Of a stretch of 64,000 nt of DNA, positions 12,985 through 27,374 are shown piece after piece. The translations under genes were made by a program, and so were the position numbers. Position 1 is the first letter of the stretch, and each line of letters begins with the position of its first letter. The DNA is from Lama guanicoe. Lineage: Eukaryota. The stretch lies in contig MU054187.1 of the NCBI GenBank assembly GCA_013239625.1, positions 23,312,795-23,376,794 on the forward strand, in the 5' to 3' direction. The notes under the pieces are model-generated. The model was not told where the DNA came from, ran no database searches, and saw nothing but the letters and a program-made list of their open reading frames with translations.

Positions 12985-13560
12985 GTAGGACCTTCCTTAA
13001 TCACAAGGCCACACGTGGTCAGGCCCCTGGGGAAGGCACCATTGCACTGTGACTCTCGGTTGGGGGTGGACTGAGGTATCTACCAGGATTGGGGGTTTAT
13101 GTGATAGGGTGGCATGAGCCAAACTCCTTATGGTCAAGCCTAGGACCAGGGGCCTCTGTCACCAGGGACACCCAGATGTTTCTCATCCTGGGGCCCCTCT
13201 GCTGGCCCCTGTAGAACTCCTGACATCCATGAGATCTGGCTTTCTCTGCAAAGAATGCTCATGGCAGCTGCTGCTCCAACCTGATTCAACCATCCTCTGA
13301 GTTGCCCCAATGCTCAGTGCATCCTGGCCCATCCTCTCCCTGTCCCTCAGTCTGGACCTGCTCTTACCTCCGCCACACTTCTCTTACTTCCCCCGCACAC
13401 ACCGGAGGTACAAAGCACACCCTCAGGGCTCCAACTGCGCTCTGTTTGACTTCTTGAAAAACAACAACCCTTGATCTCGAAGATGTTACTATAACCCTAG
13501 CAGATTTTGGGTACTTGTTGTAGCAGAAATCTCAGAGGTGACATTTGAGTAAACAGCGAC
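12985..13560. mobile_element. Possible old LTR (GC-richer block)
   Basis: Abrupt GC-rich block in AT-rich flanks with LTR-like character; family not recognised. Confidence 0.3.
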
Positions 13561-15393
13561 ACCAACTATGTAGATGAGGGAAGAGGGGAGGGGACTGGTC
13601 CAGTTTCCAGTTATCTTCCTAGAGGAGATCAGGCAAATAACATATGTGACTTTGGTTTTCTTTTTTTATTTAAACTTTAGGTTATTGAACTAATAATACT
13701 GGGAGAAAAGAAAGATAATCCCCTTGGAAGACTGTTTTACATATAGGTAAAGCTCTATTGGCCTTAAAAGTTTCAGAGCTATTTCTAAGATTCACATTCT
13801 ATTACAGAATTTAGGAACTCGGGCACTGGGACAAAGTTTAGTTAAATAAGTTTATTACTTCTCTTTCCCCTGGTAAATACCCCACATCTTATATCTTCCT
13901 TATCACTTTCACATACATACCCATTATCATCAAAGATGTGACAAAAGAGACGTCAGTCTGGCTTAAGACTTTTCAAAAACTAATTTTTGAAAACAAGCCA
14001 AAATGCAAGCTCTTCAAAACAACCTAAACGAAAAAATCCAGATCACTTGTAGCAACACGTAAAACTGAATTTACGCTTTGCCCCAGGAGCACTTTATTTT
14101 AAAGAAATAGATCTTTTCCCCCCTGTTTCACAGGCCCTGCATTTGAGTATTTGGTTTTAGATAGAAAACTTTTTGAATGTGTGGATAATTCTCCAAGTGA
14201 AGATAATCGTTCAACCAAAAAATTGATCTACCTACTATGAATACTATTGAATACCACTGAGAAAATGTGTTCCTTGATACAAGAACAAAAAAGGCAAATC
14301 TTGTAAACATTGTCAGTGTTTAGACTGCACTTGAATTGACAGAAAATATCACTCTTGCCTGATAGCACGTGTGGGGTTTTCAAATAAAGAAGAAGGAAGA
14401 CCCTTAGTGGATATTCGAAACAAAATGAAAGATACTGAAACAGAAAATTCATTTGCTTTGCTCCAAATCCAGGAAGGTGCCAATAAGGTTTGCCTATGTT
14501 TCATGTAGCCTATAAATGTTGTGGGATGGAAGTCATTGATTTTGTTGTTTAAAGGATTGTTTCTTATTCTTTATTTACAGCTACATTTTCAGGTAAAATA
14601 CTGCAAATTATAGGGTCAATATTAAGCATTCAACGTAAAGTTCAGCCCCTTTGACCTAAAGCTGCTTTCAGACTAAAGATTTAGTGTAAACTAAGTTTTT
14701 GTCCTATACATATATACAACTTCATTAATCTCCATGTTTCACTTTAGAATATGTGATGAAATCACTCCTTGAGTTCTCACTCAATGGATAATGTGTGTCT
14801 TTTTATGCTAATAACCAGTTCTCTACAGCTTTTTCCCTTTCCATTCTCCTGGCGGTGATCAAGTTCTTCCAAATCATGTGTACTGTGTCATTTTGCAGCC
14901 AACACCAAGAACTGAATCATCCCAGATCTTCCCCTGCCGCCTTCCTACTTCGTCAAGGGGATGAAGCACTTTCCCTACTCACTGGCTTCAATTCCGTGCT
15001 GTTTTCTCACCCAGGGCACAGTTGATGCCTTCTTTAGCAATAGATCTCTGCCTTTATCAACAACATTCCTGCCATTTCTGAACCAAGCCAGTCTGCACCA
15101 AATCTCAACCAAATTGACTACTGACAGCTTTGTTTTAAAGTTCCTTCTTCATCAGAACTAGGGTAAATCACTGTAATTTTCATCTCTATGATCCTAGTTT
15201 TTTTTTCTTTGAAATTACACAGAATAAATGGATTTCCTTCTTCAGAGGAGCATACTAATTAAGCGCAGAAGTTTTAGAATCAGACTGTGTCTGTTCAAAT
15301 CCCGACTCCCAGTTAGTAGTGGCTGGAAGACCTTAATCATTCTTATACTTACTTGCCAATGTCTTATTTGAATCCTGACTCTTTCATCAGGCT

Positions 15394-15889
15394 TGTATCA
15401 GTTTCCTATTACTGCTATAACAAATGACCACAAGCCTAGTGGTTTAAAATGACACTAGTGTATTATTTTACAGTTCTGTTGGTTAGAAGTATTTAATTGA
15501 TGTTACTGACCTAAAGTCAAGTTGCAGGCATGGCTGCCTTTCCTCTCTGGAGGCTCGAGGGGAGAATCCATTCTGTTGCCTTTTCAGCTTCTAGAAGATG
15601 CCTGTATTCTTTGGCTCATCGTTCCCTCCCATCTTTAAAAGTAGCAAAGTTTGTTTGAGTCTTTCTCACAATGCTCTCTCTCTTGTTCTGACTCTTCTGC
15701 CTCTCTCTTCTATCATATAAGGACTATTGTGAATACACTGGATAAAGCAGGAAAACCTCCCTATCTTGATTAGCAACCTTAATTCCATCTACAGCCTAAA
15801 TTTCCTTTCGCTATGTAATCTACAACAGTCACAGGTTCGAAGGATCGCAATGTGGACATATTTGGAGGACTATTAATCTGCCTACCACA
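15394..15889 (-). mobile_element. MLT1C/D-like solo LTR
   Basis: TG start tgtatcagtttcctattactgctataacaaatgaccacaa; CA end taatctgcctaccaca. Confidence 0.88.
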
Positions 15890-17857
15890 CCATTCAATCC
15901 TATATTCCAAGTTTCTTCTTTTTCATGATTTTGTGTTATCTTTGAACCTGGTAATAGAATTCATGTTATCAGTTTCTTTTACTCCTAGTGATGAGTTCAA
16001 TGAATACTTGGTTTATGTAAAAAAGAGAGCTCAATCTGAATAGTAAAAGATAAGAAAGATTTAAATAGATGGAAAAGAGAAGAAAGTCATTGGAAACAGA
16101 AGAAATTCATGATAAAAGAATAGTGTTAAGGATAAGCAAACCATTAAGTTCAGTAAAGCATTGGAAGCAAGAATTTCAATTTAGAAATTGATGAATGATA
16201 AGAAAACATGGGTAATGTGAAGCCCAATTATAGATTTATAGATGTCTTTGAATAATATAGATGTCTTTGAAAATATTATGCATACTATATTCATAGCCAA
16301 CCTTGCCAATAGATGAAATAAGAAATCATATGTGTGGTTGAAATATTTTATTTGTGAGATGATATGAAGGATTATTTGCCAAAATTGTCTCCTAGGCAAA
16401 TTACAAATCCTTAAAAGTCTTCCGTTAACAATGTATTAGATTTAACATTCTCTTCTTTTTAAATACAAATACTCCTGGGGGTGGAGACATGGAGGTAAAC
16501 CATTAAGACAGTACACACAGTGAGAAGTACTCTACAAAATTACTTATTTTCTCAATTGTATCATAAAGGCACTGAGGTTAGGGATGGGAATAGGGGACTG
16601 GAAGAAATTAATAAACAAGACTGGGATTGTGGTTGGGGAGGGGACTAAACATAGAGGTAGAAAATGCCAAAGACATAACTTTGCCAATGGCTTTCCTATT
16701 CTTAGCCATGAAGGAATGCCCTTGTGTTTTTTCAATTGAGCACTGATATGTTAAGAGCAACATTTTTATATATTACTAAAATGGGTCTGATTTCAACATG
16801 TTGAGTCCAAAATAAAACAGACAAGAACTTGACAGTTCATATCTCATCATTCTTTCTTACGTCATTACCAAAAGCTCATACACCAAAGGCTTGTGAAGTC
16901 CCCTGGTGCCTACAGCAGAAAATTTTTTCAAATAAAGGAGAAAAAATATGATTTCTTTAATAATATTTTTAAACTGTTCAAATGAGATAAGTAATTTTAA
17001 AAATTTAATATCCAAGATTAACAATTAAAATAACTTACTGGGGAGTAAAAATTAAGGAAAAAAAACTAAAATAAGAATTAGAAACATAAATTATTTCACA
17101 ATGAATGCACCATATGAGGACTGAGGACCACTCTCTCCTTCCTGTCCCTATGACAGACATCAGTGTTCACCAACGCACTCTTTCCCACCTGACTGAATGA
17201 TCTCATTACATCTCTCAAAACAGTGCTCTCTGCAGCCATTTTAAATTAATACAAATTCACACAAGAGATAAAAATCTAACATTTTTGTGCTAGAGTCTAT
17301 GGGTAGTACTTTCACATTTTATCATATGATTTTTTTTAATTCACATAACCATCCTATGAATTAGAAAATACCACTTACAAATATTTTTTGAAATCACTAT
17401 GATTCCTAAATAATATAAATTAGGAACCTCTCCTTGAGTAAACTGTCTGAAAAATATTAACCACCCTGGGGCTATTGCATATGAATATGTATCAATTAGG
17501 AGGTGGTAGAGGTGATGCAAATTCTCCTAGAAATCTGAGCTGGTGAATTTTCAGACATTGTCTTAGCTACCAGGTATCAATTGGCCTATGTGAAAAAAAA
17601 ATATATTGATCCTTACTTTTTTCTGGTATTTCCCCCAAATGAATGAAAAGCATAAGGAGTCAGTCTTGCTGACAGAACGATCTGATGGCCTTTCCCTGTG
17701 TGTTTATACTACATCTGAGCTTGTTTATTGTAAGGTCTACAAATTCCAATTACTCACTACTAACGTCAAACTTCGGGAACAGCTATGAGGCAGGGCATGC
17801 TGAAACCTTCTAGTGATGGTAGCAAAGGCTTTTTTAAAAGTCTGAGCCCTATAATAA

Positions 17858-17989
17858 AAAGAGGCCATATGATTTGTCATCCAGAAAAGGTCCTATCTGA
17901 GACTGCAAGAGGGAAGAATTAATACTTACCTTGAGACAAAAGGAGTGAACTGAGACTGCCCAGGACAAACTGGAACATCTGGTTACCCT
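17858..17989. mobile_element. hAT-Blackjack MITE, MER94-like
   Basis: Ends gactgcccaggacaaactggaacatctggttacccta and is colinear with the recalled MER94 consensus. Confidence 0.65.
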
Positions 17990-18699
17990 ATGTATAACCA
18001 AGTTGTACAATCTATGTGGGTGGAAAGCTGACTATTAAGTTTATATTCATATGTTTGGTGGAATCTCATATTGCTAATTACCATGCATTTGTAATTTGTT
18101 TATACAGAGAGAGGAACAGGGAGGAAGATAAATACATTTTTGTATTTCCATGAGTATTGTCTTGACCTTGATTTGATTGGCTACTTTCAGATGCTGGAGG
18201 ACAAATAGAGCATGAATTTAAAAAGTGAATCTATATTGACTCTATGTAGTTGATGTCAGAGAACAGAAGCAATTCCACATGAAATATGCTAGGAAATCCT
18301 CAAGTTCAAGTTCAAGAATGTGCAACATGGGGAATGTCTTGTGAAGCACCATTTTAGAAGACAGATAGTGTGGGAAAGCATGCTGGAAAAAGGCAAAGAA
18401 AAACATCAATTGCACAGTGAGTGAGAAAGGCATAGACAGCCTTTGAAAGTGCTGGGATGATGCACAAACTTCTGAAAGAAATCTGGAGGGCAAATGGGAA
18501 GAGAAAATGAGCATCATCAAACTGGACACTTACAATGAGTGAATTTCACAGCATATAAATTACACCCTAATGAAACTGTTCAAAAAGAAAGAAATTTAAA
18601 ACTCATGACATAAAGTTGTGTTTTTATTTTATCACATCATCTTTTATTTCAGTAACCATATTGTTTTCAATAAATCATGAACATGCCTTTTACATGACT

Positions 18700-19050
18700 G
18701 TTGAATAACAGTGTCAGGGGAAGGATGATTAATGGCTTTTTGTCACGTGGAGGACCTCTTTAGGGACACGGCAGAAGGCTGAGTCACAATCAATATTTGT
18801 TTTCATTATTTGGATCGAGACATCTAAGGCTACATACCAAATGTTCTGGTGACCCCAAACTGAGAGAACGTCGCTAAGGTGATGAGAAAGTTACATTCAA
18901 ATTTATGCTGACAAATTGAAAAGCTAGACCAAAACTAGCCCAGTAGAATTTAGCAAAAATGTATGTAAAAGTCTATCTATAGTTTTTTTTAAGTATAGTG
19001 TATTTAAGATGAGAGGAAAATTTTTCCTGTTAAAACAGACATGAAACTTA
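18700..19050 (+). mobile_element. L3/CR1 fragment
   Basis: Degenerate match to CR1 RT region (…gtgaccccaaactgagag…tgacaaattgaaagctagaccaaaact…tgtaaaagtcta). Confidence 0.5.
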
Positions 19051-19418
19051 ATAATTTCAAACAACGCATTGCTCATGACCATGCCCAAGGCTTGACCTCA
19101 GAGCTTCATGCATCACATGCGTCACACTCTCTAGGTTTAAAAGCAAAAGCAGCCCTATCTCAGTAATTTCTGATCGCTGTGCTAGAAAGACTAAAAGTTG
19201 CCAAATCCCTCCCGGGTTCTTAAGATTTCCACCCAGAAGTGACACATATCACTTCCTCCTGCAATCCACTGGCCAATGGAAGTCATGTAACCGCACTTAA
19301 TAACAAAGAGGTGGGGAATGGCCATTATGCCCTGTGCCCAACAAGTGAATAATCACAAATGTATGGCCAACAGCACTAATATCTATTGCAAACTGCATGA
19401 AAAAGCATTAATATCCAT

Positions 19419-20096
19419 TGCTGTCACAATTCTCAGATGGCCCCCAAGATTCCTGTATCCTATGCCTTCCTGTGGGGATAAGCTCTGTATGGTCCCCTCC
19501 TCCTGAGTGTTACCTGAACCTGTGACTGTGTTGATGGATTTCACACCTGTGGTTGGGTTACTTTATATGATCAAGGTCAAGGAATTTTGCACGTGTACCT
19601 AAGGTCTCAAATCAATCGATCTAGAAATAATCAAAAGAGAGATTGTCCCAGCTAGGACTGACCTAATCAATGTAGCTCTTAAAAGGGGCAGGAGCTTCCT
19701 GAAATGGGAGATTCAATGCGTATGACATGTTATTCTGCAGGCTTTGGAAAAGTAAGCTGCTGTGAGGGGCAGCTCAGTGGCTAGGGTCTTAGCCAGCCTC
19801 TTGTTGCTGAGAGTCAGCCCCCAGCACACAGCCAGCAGGAAAACAGTAATCTCAGTTTTAAAACTGGAAGGAACTTAATTGTCTAATAACCTGAATAAGC
19901 TTAAAAAGGGAACTGAGCTCCGGATGAGAATGCAGCCCAGTTAACACTTTGATTCTAGCCTGAGACCCTGAGAAGAGAGCCCAGTTATATTATGAGCCTG
20001 GACTCCTGATCCATGGAAACTTTAAGATAAAAAATGTATGTTGCTTTAAGTCATTGGGTTGTGGTAATTTGTTGCTCAGTGTAGAAAATGGATACA
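19419..20096 (+). mobile_element. MLT1E/F-like LTR
   Basis: Start attctcagatggcccccaagattcc; end gtggtaatttgttgctcagtgtagaaaatggataca. Confidence 0.82.
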
Positions 20097-20404
20097 ATTA
20101 CAAAAGAACAAATTCATAATATATTATATTTTAAAAGCCAACCATACAAAATAAGAAAGACAGTAATCCAATTTTGGTTTAAAAAATGTATATATCTCCA
20201 TAGGAAAATATTTGTAATATTTATAATGTCAAATGTTGACACATGTGGTTAACTCTGGAGACCAATTTGTCCAATAAATGTCATCATATATAAAAAACGT
20301 TATCTTCATACTATCTTAGAGAAAATTATTATCATCATTTATGTAAGTTGGGTGACCTTTACTTTTCTTTTTAAGGTTTTCTTGTATCTTCCCTATAATC
20401 AGAC

Positions 20405-21452
20405 GAACCATAAGTGGAACAAAACGACAACCTACAAAATGGGAAAAAAATATTTGCAAATGATGCAACTGACAAAGGTTTAATTTCCAGTTATATAAAT
20501 AGCTCATACAACTTAATAACAAAAAAATAAGCAATCCAATCCAAAAATGGGCAGGAAGCCTGAACAAGAAATTCTCCAATGAAGACATACAAATGGCCTA
20601 TAGGCACATGAAAAAATGCTCAATATTGCTAATTATCAGAGAAATGCAAATCAAAACTACAATGAGGTATCACCTCACACCAGTCAGAATGGCCATCAGT
20701 CAAAAGTCCACAAAGGATAAATGCTGGAGAGGGTGTGGAGAAAAGGGAACCCACCTACGCTATTGGTGAGAACATAGTTTAGTATAGCTGTTACGGAAAA
20801 CAGTATGGAGATTCCTCAAAAGCCTAAAAATAGACTTACCATATGACCCAGCAATCCCACTCTTGGGCATATATTCAGAGGGAACTCTAATTCAAAAAAG
20901 GTACATGCACCCCGATGTTCATAGCAACACTATTCACAATAGCCAAGACATGGAACCAACCTAAATATTCATCAACAGATGACTGGATAAAGAAGTTGCG
21001 GCATATTTATACAATAGAATACTACTCAGTGATAAAAAAGAATAAAATAATGCCACGGATGGACCTGGAGATTCTCATTCTAAGTGAAGAAAGCCAGAAA
21101 GAGAGAGAAAAATACCATATGATATCACTCATATGTGGAATTCAAAAAAAGAAAGAAAAAAGAAGACACTAATGAACTCATAAACAAAGCAGAAACAGAC
21201 ATGGTAAACAATCTCAAGGTTACCAGGGGAAAGGGGGTGGGAAGGGATAAATTTGGGAGTTTGAGACTTATGAATGTTAGACACTATATATAAAATAGAT
21301 TAAAAAAACAGCTTTCTTCTGTATAGCACAGGGAACTAAATTCAATATCTTGTAATAACTTTCAATGAAAATAAATATATGTATATATATGCATGATTGG
21401 GACATTATGCTGTACACTAGAAATTGACACATTATAACTTCAATAAAAAATA
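20405..21452 (+). mobile_element. 5'-truncated lineage-specific L1 (ORF2 C-terminus, 3'UTR, A-tail)
   Basis: ORF MFIATLFTIAKTWNQPKYSSTDDWIKK is L1 ORF2; ends gctgtacactagaaattgacacattataacttcaataaaaaa. Confidence 0.95.
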
Positions 21453-21639
21453 AAGAGAGAATATTTTTATTTTTAAAGTTATTTTCCAGATTTACAGAAA
21501 TTAGACATCAACTTACACTACCAAAATGCAAAACAAACAAATTGCGAACATGTCTACAAATGAATGTGATCCCACAATAAAACGAGACTACAAAATAATG
21601 TTCACCTATTGTAATAGACTTCCTTAACCTGCACTGGAT

Positions 21640-22430
21640 AGTCTAGTATGGGTCATCAAATTCCTTTCTCCCTCTTACTGAGTTCCCTTGGCTCCACCAC
21701 ATTTCCCACTCGTCCTTGAACTTTGGCATGACCTTATGAGTCCCAGTCAGGACTGGGACTTGAAGTGACATGTGCCCCTTCTGTGCCTGGCCCATAAAAG
21801 CCTCCCTTTCTTGCTCCTCTGTTCTGTTCTACTCACTTTTTAACTGACTAGGAGGGAAGTCATCCCTGGTGACCTTGGAAGCCTATGTTAAAGATGACAG
21901 AGGTTCCATCCACTTGGCTCTCTGAAGGCTGGTGGAGTGAGTCTGTCTCAGTCCATTTGGGCTGCTATCACAGAAATGCCATAGACTGGGAGGCTTAACC
22001 AACAATAACAGCAAAACTCCCCTCCCCATCGTGGAGGCGGAGAAGTCCAAGATGGAGGTGCCGGCAGATTGGGTGTCTGGGGAGAGCCCATGCCCTCACT
22101 CATAAGGAGCTGTCTTCTCACTGCACTTTCACATGACGGAAGGGACAAGGGGGCTCTCTCGGGTCTCTTTCATAAGGAAACTAATCCCATCTATAAGGGC
22201 TCTACTCTCATGACCTAATCACTGGCCAAGGGCCCCACTTCCAAAAGCCATTACGCTGGGGGTTAGGTCTCAGCATATGAATTTACAGGGGGGACAAAGA
22301 CATTTAGTTCGCAGCTCCCCAGCCCCACCCCACCCACGTGAAAGGGCCTTGGACGGAATGTGAATGACGCGTGTATTTCTTTTGTGTTGTATTATTATAC
22401 GTTAGATCATCTATTGTTACAGCAGTTAAC
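21640..22430 (+). mobile_element. Old MLT1-type LTR split by a nested LTR
   Basis: gaagtgacatgtgccccttctgtgcctggccc motif on the left; tattgttacagcagtta end on the right. Confidence 0.5.
21944..22315 (-). mobile_element. MLT1A-like LTR
   Basis: tgtctcagtccatttgggctgctatcacagaaatgccatagactggg … ggggacaaagacatttagttc. Confidence 0.88.
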
Positions 22431-22630
22431 TGAGCACTTACTTTATTCCAGGTCATCTGCAGAGATTCTGTAAACATCATTTTTTATAATCACTATTATT
22501 TCAATTTCGCACATAATGAAACCAAGTCTCAGAAAATTTCAGTCAGTCATCTCAGACTGCACTTCCAACTAGTGAATGGCTAAGGAAGGAGTGTAAACCA
22601 GATATTTCAGGATTCAAATCTACTTACACA
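22430..22630 (-). mobile_element. MIR
   Basis: actgagcacttacttt…ataatgaaaccaagtctcagaaa…ctagtgaatggc. Confidence 0.6.
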
Positions 22631-25600
22631 ATGCCTCCTCAGAATTTTCAACATCCGAAAAGGATGAAAATAAACTTGATTGAGTTGATAAAGAAGGAAT
22701 GGATGGACTGGAAAGTGTCTAAACATTTGCCTACTAGGAATATTTTAAGGAATTGAGGTTTGTGGTCTAAAGAAGAAACTGTTAGCTTGAATATTTGAAG
22801 GCTTGCTGTTTGAGTAGGAATAGAGATGTTCTTTGTAACAGAGATGGGAGACGTAGGGAAGAATTTAAATTCAGCATAAGAAATTTTCTAAGACCTAAAG
22901 CTGTTTAGCAGTGGGATGTACTGTCTTCCCTTATTAAATCTTCCATTTATTCAGCCAATATTGTGTTCACATTATATTCTAGGTATTCTACAAGGTGCAG
23001 ATACCAAGATGAATTAAACTTAGTTTATGTCATTAATAATTTACATTCTAGGAAAGGTTTGTAACAGCATGAAAAAAATACCCACATTTTAGAACAATAG
23101 TTGTGATAATCACCTAAAGTAGAAAGCAATTGTCCCTATTTGGCTCCACCAGGGAAATTTTTCTAAAACAGAGCTTTGTAGAATGGCACCGCTCAAATGA
23201 AGATTTTGTGAGTCCAGAATAAAATGAGCTAAACACAAACTGATATTTCTGAAAGGTTAACTTATTATTTTTATTGAGTTTAATTACATTCTTCCTTTTT
23301 GATGTCAAAATGGCTTTTTAAATGAAATGATGTGAGTAGCTGGTGATTTGTTTGTTACTTGCGTTTTATTTGACGTTAGTATCTCCGCTTTTCAAAATAA
23401 AATGTCAGCAACCTTCTGTCAACCCCACAGTTTAAAAATAAAATTCTGCTAATGCACTACAAATTGTAGTCTGATAATCTAAAACATGTGAAATGGACTT
23501 TGACAGCTAAGTAGGAGTTTATCAGACACAGGTAAGCTTTTCAGGTGGAGGTGGGGAATTCAAACACTGCTTGGCTTCTTTTGTGACTACCAAGTCATTT
23601 AGCATAGTTGGAATATTGAATATCTCAAGGAGAGTGGCAAGAAGATAAAGCTGCAAAACTGAAAGGGGCCACATCACATGGCCTTTGTACCGTGCTAAGG
23701 GGTTGTAATGTGATCCTATAGGCAATAAGAACCTGTCAGAAGTTTTCAGGCTATCAGTCAATGCAAAAGTATTTGTAACCTGGGTCATCAGAAGCTGTTC
23801 TGTGTTCATTTTATCTCATCTGTTATCTGGGTTTACTATCCGTGATTGTTACTTGGCAGGTCTACCCAGAGGGGAAAAAAGCAACACTTACATTAGATGT
23901 GCCTCCCACTCATACTCCAAAAACATTTACTTTTCAGGGTGGTTGCTTTTTTAAAACTTATTTTTAGTAGAAAAGATAAAAATAACATGATTCTGCTTGT
24001 GTCTTAAAAAGAGCATAGCCCTATGTGGAGGCTGACTTGGAAAAGGATGGTGCCGCGGGGCCCACAGGACGACTGAGAAGCCTGATACAGCAGGGAGTTT
24101 CCTGATTTGGGGAAGATTTACAGCATTAAGCACATCACAAGGGCTCACAGTCCTTTCGGTGAAATGATCCTTTCAGCTCTTAAGAGGATGCACTAATTTC
24201 CTTTTTAAAGCAACAGAGACATGGAAAAATTGTATATGTAAGAATGATTGGGGGGAAAATCACAAAAGATTGCACTTCCATTGTCACTGCTGTCCTGTTT
24301 TCTCTGACCAGACTTCATATTTCCCTGCTTTTCTCCCAAATTGGAACTTTTTTGAAAAGAGCATAGAACACTTCCTTGACATCCTTTCTTTAAAATGTAC
24401 CGTATGTAAGATAAATCACCACACATAATGTACCCATGTCTGTATGAAACTGACTACAGTCTGCTAATGGATAGAAATTCTTCTTCCAAGTTTATGAAAA
24501 TTGCCTCAGCAAAGAAATTTATAAAATAAAATACAACCCAGAATCACACAGGTTGTCATTTCCAAAAGGCTTGCTAAATCAATACTTCAAAATAATACTT
24601 GAATTTAAATCCTTGAAAGGCTGTGATTTGAATGAAATCAAGTATAACATAGATCTTCCATCTGAGGCTCCTATTTAATCAATATTTTACTATTTCTTTG
24701 CTTAGATGTGAGTTATGCTGTAGGTCTGGGTAAAAACTATGTCAGACATCACACACAACTTAACCTTCCCTCAACAAATTGCTTCTCTCCTTCAACTACT
24801 AACAATCAAGAGGATATTGTAATTAGTTTAAAAAAAAAATCAATGACGATCTCAGATCCTAGAAATTGTTGGCAATTTTTATGTCCTACAATAATGAACA
24901 TTGATTTCTTGTTTTTTCATCTGTTTGTGGTTTTGTTCACTAAGGATATGTAGAAACTATAGCTACTTTGTAATTAAAGTTCTCTTCAACTTAATGAATT
25001 TGAGCTTAAAAGATACTAAAAATATTTTACAGATGAGTTAGTTTCTCAGTCAAGGAAGCAGCACTTTTAGCATGGCTGCTCAGACTGCTACCCAGTGCTC
25101 CCGTCATTTCAGTTTTAACTTGGGTTTTACCCTGTGATTGTTGCCTTTTTAGACCTGACAGAGCTACGTAATGAGAAATCAGATTCATTTTCAACATCTC
25201 TGCCCATTCTTCAAAAACAAACTTTTTTTTTTCCAGGGTGTTTCTTTCTCCACATACTTCTCAGTAGAAAAGGTGAAAATCGATGGAAATGTGCATGGCA
25301 ACCATTTTCCAAAAATGCAGGATACATCTGCGAAGGGAGGTCTGACTCACTCCTACGCTGTGCTCGTGCCCTTGAAGATCCCAGCGTTGTGAAACTAAAA
25401 TCCTCTGTGGCAAGTTCACTGGAATTTCACACTGCGATTCTGTTGGGTCAGTAAATGTTATTTTGCTCGGTGCTTAATCTAGATAAATAAAGAAGAAATT
25501 TCCACAAGGTTTGGTACCACATCCAAAACCAACTTTCTCATATGAGCATAAACATTGATTCAATGGTTCTAAAGGTCCTGAACTTTAGGGTGTGGGATGA

Positions 25601-27229
25601 AACCACTGTGTGTGCTTGTGTCTGGTGTTTGCTGTTTTTCACTGTGTGACAGACTCATCAGGGACCACATGACGTGTTAGATAAGCAAGGTGTTAAGCTG
25701 AAGTCAGAACTTTAAAATGGTTTTAAAAAAAGTATCATTTAAGTTTAACATAAGTAGGGTAAATACACATGGGATCTCAGGCACATGCATCAGGAGACTC
25801 CAATACCAAATAAATGTCTACAGGAGGGCTCAGTTTCTCTACAGAAGCAGCTTCTATTTCTAAACTCACTGTGGTAATGATACAAGGTAACATATGTAAC
25901 CTACAAGGTCACGTTCCACCCATAATCCAACTGCTCCGGTGGCAAGCTGTACGTTCTTTGTTTGTAACTTAATGGCCACACATTAGGCCATTTTGTGAGA
26001 CTCAAGGTTCATTAGGCCTTCTGTTCAAGTGCCTTAAGGCCACAATTTATTCTGACTCTGCAATTACTGGTGACAATTTTTATATGCAGCCAAATTTTTC
26101 AATCACAGTGGGAAGCTTTGCATAATTTGTAGCCTTTTGCTCTTCCCTCTGATAAATTCACATTGGAAAATATATTGAAGATGCATTCTGGAAACACATT
26201 AATGCTGCGTGTACCATTTTACTATTTTTCAAAAGAATAGACTCTGGGGAAAGGAATATAAGGATGTAGATAATGTTAGCATTCTGTTATTTTTGTAAAC
26301 AGTTTTCATTGGCTTGTGATGGAGTATAAACTCCAAGAGGAAGGGGCAGCTGGTAATCATCCTTGTTGGTCATATTATGTAAAAGCATCATTTTTCAAAA
26401 ATACTTGATTCTTTGAAATCTGTTCACCATAACTTACACCTTTGGGTGAGTTCTCCTATAGTCCATTTCAAATTAATTTGGAAAACAGCAACCAACCATG
26501 AGTTACTGTCACTGAGCCTCCTCCACCAATTTAAGAGATGCTGAGTATGTCAGTAAGGCAAGAATTTAAGTCAGTTCTGGCCAAAAACTTGGAGTGAATC
26601 CATGACAAACCTGATGGTATGCAGAGACTAATTGGAAGACAAATAAAGATAGAACTATTCCTGTGTGAGATCCCGGGGTTTGATTTGTACGTTATCAGCA
26701 CATGCTGACCTAGACCAGATTTTACAAGACAGAAGGATTCTGCCTTTAAGTAAACAAATCTGAAATCGTGGCAAACGACCATTATTTTCAAAGATCAAAG
26801 GTTAAAACCAATTCAGGTCAACACAAACGCTCAAGAGAGATCATTTCCGCCCAGGACTCTTGTTGATATTAGGGTAGGTTAGAAGTACTTGAAGATCAGA
26901 GAGGAGGCTAGAAAAAATACGTTTAGATGTCACAATATTAAACCAAAGCTGAGAAAGAGAGAGAGAGAGAGACCCAGCAATATGACAGCAACCGAGCAAC
27001 AGTAAAAAGCTTTCCCTGAGAACTGAATTAAACTAAGTTTGAACAAAGCACACACATCCTTTGGTCTGGAGGAGGAACTGTGCATTAATAGTCCAGAATC
27101 CCCCAGGGGCACTGCGCTGACTTGCAGACCCACAGATGAGTAGAACTATGTCTGCTGCAAACACCACATTCACCTTTACTCATGAGCAGCAGCGGTGCAG
27201 CTGTGTTTCCCTAACACACACCAGAGACT

Positions 27230-27370
27230 AGGTTCCTATCTCAGACTAGTGACTAGACATACAATTTAGGGTAAATGACTTTGTCCTTGTGAGTATCAGT
27301 TTCCTCAGCTGTAACATGTAGGTAATCATGGTGTGAAGGGATAATTAATTGGAATCTGTAAGGCCAGCAG
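27230..27370 (+). mobile_element. MIR
   Basis: gggtaaatgactt…tcagtttcctcagctgtaacatg. Confidence 0.65.
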
Positions 27371-27374
27371 AGCA

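Noticed and set aside
14581..14592. 12-nt micro-exon candidate (tttacag|ctacattttcag|gtaaaa)
   Set aside because: Such motifs arise by chance in AT-rich DNA and there is no gene context
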